This document shows positions 54,055-61,982 of a stretch of 64,000 bases of DNA, piece after piece. The stretch spans positions 2,605-66,604 of the forward strand of contig CAXSDP010000014.1 of the NCBI GenBank assembly GCA_964235705.1, in the 5' to 3' direction. The translations under genes were made by a program, and so were the position numbers. Positions within the stretch are counted from its first letter, which is position 1; the number at the start of each line of letters is the position of its first letter. The notes under the pieces were generated by a model. It worked only from the letters and a program-made list of their open reading frames with translations. It was not told the origin of the DNA and searched no databases. Origin of the DNA: an uncultured Beijerinckiaceae bacterium. GTDB taxonomy: Bacteria; Pseudomonadota; Alphaproteobacteria; Rhizobiales; Beijerinckiaceae.

Positions 54055-56099
54055 CAGGATCTCCCGCGCTGCATCCAACCGCCCCCGGGTGAGCCGGGGC
54101 GGAAGTTGGAGTGCTGGCGCTCAGGGTCGGGTTGGAGCCAGCTCGTCGCCGGCGGCGATACGGGTGGCGAGGGCGGCGGGGCGGCCGGCTGCGGTGGGGT
54201 CGGGTCGCTCGCCGCCGGCATGCTGCCGGTGGCCACGAACAGCGCGTTCTTGGCTTGCAGGCCGCACACGGCCGCGTAGGCGTAGACGAAGCAGACGCCG
54301 GCCTCGCGGGCCTTGTCCTTCGGCTTCTCCCATTCGGTGAAGCCCTGCCGACGGACGACGAGCCGCTCGCCGGTCATCTGCTCGAAGAAGTCCTCGTCAA
54401 TCTTCCGCGAGCCGGCGGCGCCGTCCTGCGGGAAGTGCACGTAGCGCACGCCGACCTTCTCGATGGCCAAGCTGCCGTAGACGAAGTCGCGCGCGGCGTT
54501 GCCGCCGATCAGGTAGAAGACGTTGCCAAGTTTGTTGGTCGGCTCGCGCGGCCAAACCTTCGAGCGGCGGCCCATCGTCTCCGAACGACCCTTGATCGCC
54601 CAGATGCGCCGGCCGCGCCGCTCGTTGGCGAAGGCATAGGTCTCGGCGGTGTGGTGGCCGCCGGAGTCGATGCAGGTCGCCTGGATCGCCAGCGTCTTGC
54701 CGTCCGTCCGCGTGAAGCCGCGCAGCAGCAGCCGGTCGAGCGCGTGCCAGACCTCCGGCTGCGCGGGATCGCCGGGCAGCACGAAGTGGCCGACCAGCGC
54801 GCATTCGAGGCCGCGACCCCAGGCCCAGACGCCGGCCTCGAGGCGCGCCTTGACGCCGGACTGGACGTCGACGCCGACCGTCAGGAACTCGGCCCAGGCC
54901 GGCACCTCGGCCCCGTAGACCTCGCCTCGGGCGAGGAACTTGGAAGCTTTGACCTCCTGGCCGTATCGCGCCTTGTAGGGGCGTCCGAGCCGCAGGTTGA
55001 CGAAGGGCTGCACGAGCGAGGCCGGGTCGTCCTGCGCCTCCAGCCACTCCTGGACGATGATCGGCCAGGCCGCGTTCGGGTTCAGCGACATGCCGGTCCA
55101 GAGGTGGAAGCCGACGTGACCCGACGTTCGCGCCATGGCGGTGGCGCGCCACTCGCCGCGCGCGTCCATCCAGGCCTTGTGGCTCTCATCGATGATGCAG
55201 CCGCAGGTGCCGACGTACCAGACCTTCAGCAGGCGGCCGTCCGCGTCGAGGTCCCACTTCAGCCCGTGCGCGGTGTCCTTGCCGCCCCAGTCAAGGTACT
55301 GCCAGCCGTCGAGCCGGCCGGCGGCCTCGGAGCATTGCGGGCACGGCACGAAGTAGCGCCGCTGGTCGCTCTGCAGCCAGAGCTTCCAGATCCGCGACGT
55401 TTCCTGGAGCAGCGGGGTGGACCCCCTGACCTGCTTCCGGTTCCAGAACGTCTCGCCACGGGTCCAGAACAGCTTGAGCTTGTCGCCTTGCGTCTTCGCC
55501 CCCGGCGTCCAGCCGTCGCCGTCGACCTCGTCGGCAAACAGGAAGCGCGCCGAGTAGCGGCGGAACGCGTCGTCCGACGCCGCGCCGACGATGCGCACGG
55601 AGGCGCCGTTGGCGAGCTGGTAGAAGGTCGCCTTGTCCTGTTTCTCGCCCTTGCGCACCGGTCGGAGCAGGCCGGCGAGCACCGGCGTTTCGCGCAGCAT
55701 CGGCGCGATCTCGCTGCCGCCGAAGTCCTCGGCGTCGGGGATCGTCGGCTGCGCCAGGCAGCACAGCGTCGGGTCCTGGTGGAGGTGGTAGGCGGTGGCG
55801 AGCGTGGCGCAGCGCGTGTAGCCGACGCGCGCCGCTTTGAGCACGGTGACGAGCGGGACGTGCGGGTCGCACATCGCATCGAGCAGGCCGCGCTGGTAGC
55901 CGTACAGCGTGACAGGACCGCACTCGGCCCCCGTCCCCTTAGGGATCCAGCCGTGGCGCTCCGCCCACTCCGACCCGGACAGGTGCGGCTTGAAGACGAG
56001 CGCCGCGTCAATCTGGGCGGTGAAGGCGCCTTGGAGCTCGGCTAGGCCGCAGGCGTAGTCCCCCCTACGGTGCCGGCTGATCCTCTGCGTCGCCGTCAT
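54054..56099 (-). CDS. Terminase large subunit, lambda gpA family
   Basis: KAARVGYT; FADEVDG; STP; YFVPCPQC; GVDVQ; IDSGGH. Confidence 0.93.
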   Translation of the reverse strand: MTATQRISRHRRGDYACGLAELQGAFTAQIDAALVFKPHLSGSEWAERHGWIPKGTGAECGPVTLYGYQRGLLDAMCDPHVPLVTVLKAARVGYTRCATLATAYHLHQDPTLCCLAQPTIPDAEDFGGSEIAPMLRETPVLAGLLRPVRKGEKQDKATFYQLANGASVRIVGAASDDAFRRYSARFLFADEVDGDGWTPGAKTQGDKLKLFWTRGETFWNRKQVRGSTPLLQETSRIWKLWLQSDQRRYFVPCPQCSEAAGRLDGWQYLDWGGKDTAHGLKWDLDADGRLLKVWYVGTCGCIIDESHKAWMDARGEWRATAMARTSGHVGFHLWTGMSLNPNAAWPIIVQEWLEAQDDPASLVQPFVNLRLGRPYKARYGQEVKASKFLARGEVYGAEVPAWAEFLTVGVDVQSGVKARLEAGVWAWGRGLECALVGHFVLPGDPAQPEVWHALDRLLLRGFTRTDGKTLAIQATCIDSGGHHTAETYAFANERRGRRIWAIKGRSETMGRRSKVWPREPTNKLGNVFYLIGGNAARDFVYGSLAIEKVGVRYVHFPQDGAAGSRKIDEDFFEQMTGERLVVRRQGFTEWEKPKDKAREAGVCFVYAYAAVCGLQAKNALFVATGSMPAASDPTPPQPAAPPPSPPVSPPATSWLQPDPERQHSNFRPGSPGGGWMQRGRS

Positions 56100-56658
56100 C
56101 GGTGCGGCCTCGTGCGTTGCCCCATCGAAGCTCGAGCTCGCTCTTGGCCGTCGCGAAGGCGCGGTTCAGTTCGAGGTGGACCATCGTCTCGATCTCGGGG
56201 GCGCTGGTGATCGTCGTCGCGCGCCCGGCCACCTTGGAGGCGGCGTTCGACAACCCAGTCTTCAGCACTTGGCAGAACGCGGCGACCGCCGCCTCGGCGT
56301 CGTGTCGGGACACGACGTGCCGGAGCGCCTCGTCGGCGGCGATCTCGGCGGTGATGGCGTTGGCGACGGCGCGGCGCCGGTCGGCCTCGTCCTTCGTGAT
56401 CTGGCCGCTCTCGTCCTGGTAGCCAGAGACCGCGTCCTCGACGGCGGTCTGAAGCCGCCAGTTGCTGACGTCCGCGACGGAGATCTGCCACTCGACGCCA
56501 CGGTCACGATCGGCGCGGGCCACCACCGGGCAGCCCTGGTCGAGCCACTTCGCCAGCGTGTTCCGGTGCACCTCGAGGATCGCGGCCGCTTGGACGAGGC
56601 TGAAGGTCTTCCTGGCGGCGGGGGCACCGTCCGAGGGGGATGCTGACGCTGCCTCCAT
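56065..56658 (-). CDS. Terminase small subunit, Nu1 family
   Basis: AAILEVHRNTLAKWLDQGCP wHTH followed by coiled coil; overlaps terL. Confidence 0.9.
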   Translation of the reverse strand: MEAASASPSDGAPAARKTFSLVQAAAILEVHRNTLAKWLDQGCPVVARADRDRGVEWQISVADVSNWRLQTAVEDAVSGYQDESGQITKDEADRRRAVANAITAEIAADEALRHVVSRHDAEAAVAAFCQVLKTGLSNAASKVAGRATTITSAPEIETMVHLELNRAFATAKSELELRWGNARGRTDDGDAEDQPAP

Positions 56659-56689
56659 TTTCAAAATTCCTCAGCCGGTAGTCAGCCGC

Positions 56690-56790
56690 GGTGGGGCGTT
56701 CCCCGTACCCGGGGGAGCCTGGGGAAGGACCCTGGATTTCACCCGATTGTTGCCCACCTGCAACATTGTTGCACAAAGGCAACGATCAAT
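56690..56790. other. Putative cos / packaging-initiation region
   Basis: Directly upstream of terS; GGGTCCTTCC (minus strand); perfect palindrome TGCAACA-T-TGTTGCA (56759-56773) and extra TTGTTGC copies. Confidence 0.45.
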
Positions 56791-56800
56791 CGAACGGCGA

Positions 56801-57619
56801 TCAGGCGGCCTCGCTGGCGCCCCTCGGCGCCTCGATTGGCAATGCGGGGGCCAGCATCGCGACTAGGCCCGTGTGGGCCTCCCAGCGCCGCACCGCGACG
56901 TCGACGTAGACCGGGTCGATTTCGATCGCGTGGCAGCGCCGGCCGATCGTCTCGGCGGCGATGATGGTCGTGCCCGAGCCCACGAAGGGGTCGTAGACCG
57001 CGTCACCAGGTCGGCTGTGGTTCTCCATCGGCCGCTGCATGGCGAGCAGCGGCTTCTGCGTGCCGTGACCAGTCTCGGATCGTCGGTGTGGGATCTGCCA
57101 CACCGTCACCTGTTTGCGGTCGCCGGTCCACCGTGCGGTGCGCCCGCGCCGGACCGCGTACCAGCACGGCTCGTGACGCCAATGGTAGGCGCCGCGCGAG
57201 ATGATGAGACGACCCTTGTCCCAGATGATTTGCGAGCGGATCAGGAAGCGACACGCCTCCAGGCCGGCGCGCACGACGTGCCCGTTCAAAGCACCGTGCC
57301 AGACGTAGGCGACATCGCCGGGGAACAACGCCCAGGCGGCGCGCCAGTCGGCGGTGTCGTCGTTGGCGACCTTGCCGATCGCGCCGACGACCTTACGCCG
57401 TCCGCTCGCAGCGTCGACGATCTTCGCGCGCCAAGCCGGATCGTAGTTCACGCCGTAGGGTGGGTCGGTCACCATCAGGTGAGGCACGGCGCCGGCGAGT
57501 GCCAGCGCCACGATCGCGGGATCGGTGGCGTCGCCGCACACGAGGCGATGGTCACCGAGCAGCCAGACGTCGCCTGGCCGCGTCACCGGCTGAGCCGGAG
57601 CAGTCTCGATTTGTTGCAT
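56801..57619 (-). CDS. Orphan DNA methyltransferase (N6-A/N4-C, beta class)
   Basis: TDPPYG; HGTQKP; VYDPFVGSGTT; no cognate nuclease nearby. Confidence 0.93.
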   Translation of the reverse strand: MQQIETAPAQPVTRPGDVWLLGDHRLVCGDATDPAIVALALAGAVPHLMVTDPPYGVNYDPAWRAKIVDAASGRRKVVGAIGKVANDDTADWRAAWALFPGDVAYVWHGALNGHVVRAGLEACRFLIRSQIIWDKGRLIISRGAYHWRHEPCWYAVRRGRTARWTGDRKQVTVWQIPHRRSETGHGTQKPLLAMQRPMENHSRPGDAVYDPFVGSGTTIIAAETIGRRCHAIEIDPVYVDVAVRRWEAHTGLVAMLAPALPIEAPRGASEAA

Positions 57620-57824
57620 GATTTGGGGCTACATGGCCCCGCCGCGAGCGGCGACGGGGGTGACCGAAGTTCGGCCGGGCCTAGGTCATGCGAGGTCCTA
57701 ACTCGCGCTCCGGGTGTGCAACCACCCGAGCCCCCGCCACCTGGGGCAACGGCAACTCGGCCGTCGCCACCTGGGACGAGGATCAATCTATGCGATCCCG
57801 CCGCTCTTGGCGAGATCATCCGCC

Positions 57825-58052
57825 TCACGGCGAAAGGTGGTCCTGCTGGTTCAACTCGACATCGAGGTTGGGCAGGTTGCCGAGGTCGCAGCCGGAATTG
57901 GCGGGGAAGCGGATCTTCAGCTCCATGCCCGCCGCGAGCCGCGGCAAGCCAACCACCTCGCTGAGCGCAGCGGTCAGCAGGCACTTGAGCTGGTGGTTCG
58001 CGCCAATCGATCGGATCTCGTCGGCCTCCGTCGTCGAGCTGCTGCTCATCAC
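57825..58052 (-). CDS. Hypothetical protein
   Basis: 4-nt overlap with the upstream ORF. Confidence 0.5.
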   Translation of the reverse strand: MMSSSSTTEADEIRSIGANHQLKCLLTAALSEVVGLPRLAAGMELKIRFPANSGCDLGNLPNLDVELNQQDHLSP

Positions 58053-58264
58053 AGGCCTTCGTCCTCGTCGATGTCCGGCGCGTTGCAGGGCGAGGGCTCC
58101 TGCCGCCAGTCGCCGGTGGCGAAGACGATCAGGTCATCCGGCCCGATCTCGCGTCGCGCGCGCCGGTCGCACCACCGATGGATGAAGTCGGGCCGGCCCC
58201 AGACCTTCACAGCGGCCTGGTAGCGGTCGTCGCGGAAGCCGACGAAGTGAACGCAGGCCGGCAT
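58049..58264 (-). CDS. Small phage protein
   Basis: VHFVGFRDDRY..A.KVWGRPDFIHR.WD-like motif. Confidence 0.7.
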   Translation of the reverse strand: MPACVHFVGFRDDRYQAAVKVWGRPDFIHRWCDRRARREIGPDDLIVFATGDWRQEPSPCNAPDIDEDEGL

Positions 58265-58292
58265 GGTCGCCTGAGCATGCATCGTCGATGGC

Positions 58293-58544
58293 CTATGGCG
58301 CATCGGCCGAAGCCGCATCCGGAAGGCGGTAGCAGAGGTAGTCCTTGGTCAGGACGAACGTGATGTCGTGCTCCTTGAGCCACGAGAACAGCTCGCATTC
58401 CAGCTTCAGGCCGCTCTCGTATCGCGAGACGCCAACCAGCTCGTACACCGCCTCGGTGATGGCCTTGCGAACGCAATCGGCGCTCAAGGTGCCGGTATAC
58501 CGCGTCTCGTGCGTCTCGACCCTGTCGAACTGACCATCCGTCAC
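58293..58544 (-). CDS. Hypothetical phage protein
   Basis: 4-nt overlap coupling. Confidence 0.65.
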   Translation of the reverse strand: MTDGQFDRVETHETRYTGTLSADCVRKAITEAVYELVGVSRYESGLKLECELFSWLKEHDITFVLTKDYLCYRLPDAASADAP

Positions 58545-58867
58545 GTTGGCTGCCCCTTCTTCTTCAGGTCCGAGCGCCAGAAGCGGTTCGAGCCTGGGAT
58601 GCCGTACTCGCGCCAGATATCGTCGCCGAGGTCCGCGCGAAGGCGCTTCAGGTCGACGAGGCCGACATCGGTGATCTGCCGGCTGACGAAGCTGTGCTCG
58701 CCCTGGGCGAACTCGAGTCCGCGCCGGTCCAGCTCGGCCTCGATCGCCTGGAGCTTGTCCTTGGTTCGCAGCTTCGCGAACGTGTGGCCACGGTGCTCGT
58801 CGGCGAGCTGGGCATCGGTCATGTCGGCGACCGATGTCGGCGCCTTGGCGACCTTCAAGGCGCTCAA
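58541..58867 (-). CDS. Hypothetical phage protein
   Basis: 4-nt overlap coupling on both sides. Confidence 0.65.
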   Translation of the reverse strand: MSALKVAKAPTSVADMTDAQLADEHRGHTFAKLRTKDKLQAIEAELDRRGLEFAQGEHSFVSRQITDVGLVDLKRLRADLGDDIWREYGIPGSNRFWRSDLKKKGQPT

Positions 58868-59079
58868 GGTCCCTGCTCGCCCACGATGTGGCTCAAGGTC
58901 GGGAAGACGAAACCGGCAGGCGGCCGCGACGAGCCGGTGCTGATCGGACGAACCGAGTAGCCGGTGAGGAACAGGCGGTAGCGGATGAGATCCACCTCGG
59001 TCAGGAAGCTGGGCGTCATGTCAATCCCGAGCTGGTCGGCGATCGCCTCGGCCAGGAACACGGTTTGCTTCTCAACCAT
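58864..59079 (-). CDS. Hypothetical phage protein
   Basis: Coupled to the downstream ORF; start uncertain. Confidence 0.55.
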   Translation of the reverse strand: MVEKQTVFLAEAIADQLGIDMTPSFLTEVDLIRYRLFLTGYSVRPISTGSSRPPAGFVFPTLSHIVGEQGP

Positions 59080-59112
59080 CTTAATGCACCCTGAGTTGGG
59101 AGAAGCGATGCT

Positions 59113-59132
59113 CATCGGCCTTCGGGCCGATG
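59113..59132. other. Perfect 8-bp hairpin CATCGGCC-TTCG-GGCCGATG
   Basis: Lies immediately after the stop of 59134-59271; no clear U tract. Confidence 0.6.
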
Positions 59133-59133
59133 G

Positions 59134-59271
59134 TCAGGAACGCAGCGCAAGGTCGACCACGGCGAGGGTGGCCAGTAGCACGATGGCTAGGCCGATCAGT
59201 GCGAGCGCCATCGTCATCGGATCGATGACGATGGTGACGGGCATCGCGTCCAGCATCTCGTCAGGCACCAT
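59134..59271 (-). CDS. 45-aa single-TM peptide (not in ORF track)
   Basis: MVPDEMLDAMPVTIVIDPMTMALALIGLAIVLLATLAVVDLALRS; TGATG overlap with the upstream ORF. Confidence 0.55.
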   Translation of the reverse strand: MVPDEMLDAMPVTIVIDPMTMALALIGLAIVLLATLAVVDLALRS

Positions 59272-59486
59272 CAGGTCCTCACCGTACCGTCGTTCTCTCG
59301 AGCGCCACCCCAGGCCTTCCCAGCTGCACGGGTCAGGTCGCGGCGCTCCCGCAGCAGAGAGCGATAGAACCGCGCGTCGGCGAGGCTGACGACTTGGCCG
59401 GGACGAGCCGCGACCAGCTTGCGGTCCATGTTGACGATCACCTGCAGCAGCTGCGGCAGGCGCTCGAACTGAGCAGACGTCAGCAT
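59271..59486 (-). CDS. Hypothetical protein
   Basis: Part of the tightly packed ORF chain. Confidence 0.55.
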   Translation of the reverse strand: MLTSAQFERLPQLLQVIVNMDRKLVAARPGQVVSLADARFYRSLLRERRDLTRAAGKAWGGARENDGTVRT

Positions 59487-59487
59487 G

Positions 59488-59673
59488 TCAGCGCCTCTCG
59501 TCGACGAGCTTCGGGCCGCCGTTTTGCTCGGCGGCCGGCTGCACGGTGCGGATCGCCACGGCAGCGGATGGCGCGAGGCGGTGCGGCAGCCGGATCGGGC
59601 GTGCCGACCGCGCGGGGTACGGATTGACCTCGTCGACGAGGACGACCGCGCGGGTATATCGGTCAGCGATCAC
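59488..59673 (-). CDS. Hypothetical protein
   Basis: Part of the tightly packed ORF chain. Confidence 0.5.
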   Translation of the reverse strand: MIADRYTRAVVLVDEVNPYPARSARPIRLPHRLAPSAAVAIRTVQPAAEQNGGPKLVDERR

Positions 59674-59893
59674 GCGCGTTCGTCTCGGCTGGCTTGAAGT
59701 CGCCGTCGGCGTCGAGGTGCACGGGCGGCCATCCGGCTCGCCGGATGTTCGCGGACCTGATGAGCCGGTTCGGCAGGCGAACGAAAAGACCGCTGAGCAG
59801 CTGGGCGACCACCACCAGCGCCCAGAACATGAGCCAGAAGGCGAGCCACCAGTGCACGGTCGCCCACGTCCAAAAGCTTGACGTCATCATCAC
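59663..59893 (-). CDS. Small Trp-rich membrane protein
   Basis: FWTWATVHWWLAFWLMFWALVVVAQLL; overlaps the recombinase stop. Confidence 0.6.
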   Translation of the reverse strand: MMMTSSFWTWATVHWWLAFWLMFWALVVVAQLLSGLFVRLPNRLIRSANIRRAGWPPVHLDADGDFKPAETNARDR

Positions 59894-60738
59894 CCCTTCA
59901 CGATGGCTTTGTGCTTGCCCCGTTTGAGGACGTGCGTTTCCGCACCCTGCCAGCGGAACAGGTACTCGACGGCACCGCGGTACTTCGGGTTATCGAGGAT
60001 GTAGCCGACCTGGCTTGGGCGCCATTGGCCGCCGCGCTTGGTCGGCACCTTCTCGGCGTTCAGCGCGTCGGCGATCGCCTGAAGCGTCGCGCCGCCCTTC
60101 CGCAACTCGAAGATGCTTTCGACTGTTTTCGAGTGACGCTCGTCGATGACGAGCCCACCCTCGCGGTCGCGGCTGTAGCCAAGCGGCGCCGAGCCGCCGG
60201 CAAATCCACCCTTCGTTGCTTTCTCGCGGCGCCCACCGTGCGTCCGCTCGGTGATAGCTTGTCGTTCCTGCTCGGCCATGCCGGCGAGCACCGCGAAAAC
60301 CGTGCGCCCCATCGGGGTCGCCGTGTCGATCGGCTCCGAGACGGAGCGGATGACGACGCCATAGCGCTCGGACAGGTCGTTCACCGCCGTCACGGCGTAG
60401 ACGATCTGGCGCGCGAGGCGATCGAACTTGTAGACCAGGAGCACCGCGAAGGCCTGCGCCTCCGCGAGTTCGAGGATGCGCGCGAACCCGGGGCGTTCCG
60501 CCGGCTTGGTCGCGCCGGACACGCCGGGGTCGGCGATCACGTCGACGAGCTTATAGCCCTGCGACTCCGCGAAGGCGCGGACCGCGCGCTGCTGGCTCTC
60601 GAGGCCCTGGCCGTGTTGCGCCTGCTCTTCCGTCGAGACCCGGATGTAGGCTGCGGCCTTGGTGGCGATCTCGGCCTTGGCCTCGCTGGCCTCGCCGCTC
60701 CGCTTTTTCAGCCGCGCGACGCGCTTTGAAGCGAGCAT
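59890..60738 (-). CDS. Serine recombinase (resolvase catalytic + recombinase DNA-binding domain, no zinc ribbon)
   Basis: AYIRVSTEEQ; DPGVSG...RPG; KFDRLAR; AEQERQAITERT; APLGY...ILDNPKYRG. Confidence 0.93.
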   Translation of the reverse strand: MLASKRVARLKKRSGEASEAKAEIATKAAAYIRVSTEEQAQHGQGLESQQRAVRAFAESQGYKLVDVIADPGVSGATKPAERPGFARILELAEAQAFAVLLVYKFDRLARQIVYAVTAVNDLSERYGVVIRSVSEPIDTATPMGRTVFAVLAGMAEQERQAITERTHGGRREKATKGGFAGGSAPLGYSRDREGGLVIDERHSKTVESIFELRKGGATLQAIADALNAEKVPTKRGGQWRPSQVGYILDNPKYRGAVEYLFRWQGAETHVLKRGKHKAIVKG

Positions 60739-60785
60739 CGCGCAACCCATTGTTATTGTTTGTTTTTCTTACTTAGACGCTGTTC

Positions 60786-61051
60786 GTTTCCGAACTCTCA
60801 AGAGACTTCGGAAACAGCCGCCGCGACCCGGTACATCCGCGAGTCGTCGGCGGCCTCGATCCACACTAGGATCGGTGGAAATGCGGACCGGACGCGACCC
60901 CGGTCATGTGGACGATAGGCGTGCGACGACGCCTCGTTTTACCTGCTGGGACGCCGAGGCACCCCTGGCTCACGGCGTCTGCCCGCGAGCGTCTCGTTCC
61001 ACTGATTGGCGGGTTTGCTCCCCGCAATCGCATCTCCGCGCCCGTTCGGGC
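60786..61051. ncRNA. Candidate structured RNA (eight consecutive stem-loops) upstream of the recombinase
   Basis: Back-to-back stems of 4-9 bp; no convincing ORF; strand unknown. Confidence 0.4.
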
Positions 61052-61458
61052 AGAGTTCAAGCCGCTTGCGCCCGGCCAGTCGTCCGCGCTTCGCTGCGGC
61101 TGTTCGCATTCCATGTCCGAGGATGAGGCGGCCTCGTTTAACGTCGTGGGTGGACGCCCGTCAGGGAAGGTGTGCAGGCCGCTCGCCTCGGCCGGCCTGT
61201 GCCGGGCTGGGCGACGTTCGACGTGCGAAGCATCAGATGATGACGATTGTTTCCGGCACGACGGCTTCGATCAGCGTTAAGGATCGGCAGTCGGTGTGAG
61301 GCCGGTATGGGTCAGGTGATCGGAAAGCGACTTAAGCGCTGCATCAGACTAATGCGGATGGGGTCCGCGCTACTTCATGGCGGCCTCCCGCGCATGTGGT
61401 TTGCCCGCTCGACTCAGCGATCAGGGCCGCACTACCATCCCGCAGCGGCTGGGAAACT

Positions 61459-61860
61459 CTACGCGCTCCGGCGCCCGCGCACCTCGACCGCCACGCTGCG
61501 CCGGCCGACCTGGATCGAACCAGGTCGCAGCACCGGCAGCGGCTTTGGACTCGCCGGCACGGTGCGCAGCTCGGCGGCTTTGCGCAGGATCTCGCCGCGC
61601 AGCTCGCTCTTGGCTTCGACGAAGGCATGGGGCCGTGTCCGTGACACGCCGGGAAGCTCGAGCACCTTGGTGGCGATCTCTTCCAGCATGTCGGCGACGG
61701 CGCGGGGCGTCACGTGCGGAACATCTCGCGCATGGTGTCCCCCAGAAACAACTTCGCCCGGCCACCTTCTCAGGTTCCGGGCGCGGCCTCTGCCAATGCC
61801 AAATTGGTACGCGATCCGGGCTCCCACGTCAACTGACGCCAACTGAGGAAAACTTGACAT
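61459..61860 (-). CDS. Hypothetical protein
   Basis: MSSFPQL... with plausible helical core; no family recognised. Confidence 0.5.
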   Translation of the reverse strand: MSSFPQLASVDVGARIAYQFGIGRGRARNLRRWPGEVVSGGHHARDVPHVTPRAVADMLEEIATKVLELPGVSRTRPHAFVEAKSELRGEILRKAAELRTVPASPKPLPVLRPGSIQVGRRSVAVEVRGRRSA

Positions 61861-61982
61861 CTCGGCTTTCTTATTCCGAGGCAACACTCACGTCCTGTGG
61901 CGGAGTTGGTATATGGCCTGGAGGCGGTCCTTCAATCCTGCGGCGGTGGTGCTCGACGTACAAAAATCTTTAGGTCGTTTTT

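Noticed and set aside
50379-56045. Long + strand ORFs (50379-52391, 52100-53986, 54111-56045)
   Set aside because: Antisense shadows of capsid, portal and terminase genes; stop-poor frames are expected at this GC and the translations carry no motifs.
56801-57619. Restriction-modification system
   Set aside because: No endonuclease nearby; orphan methylases upstream of terminases are common in prophages.
59890-60738. IS607/IS200-605 element with TnpB and omega RNA
   Set aside because: The catalytic domain is N-terminal with no MerR-type HTH in front, and there is no TnpB/IscB gene.
61044-61058. GTTC-N7-GTTC match upstream of the recombinase
   Set aside because: GC-rich spacer, inside a hairpin, about 300 nt from the gene; chance matches are expected.
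61891-61920. tRNA-like 5' fragment (GTCCTGTGGCGGAGTTGGTATA), possible attR
   Set aside because: Only the D-loop resembles a tRNA; no anticodon or T arm, and no match to the tRNA-Leu 3' end.
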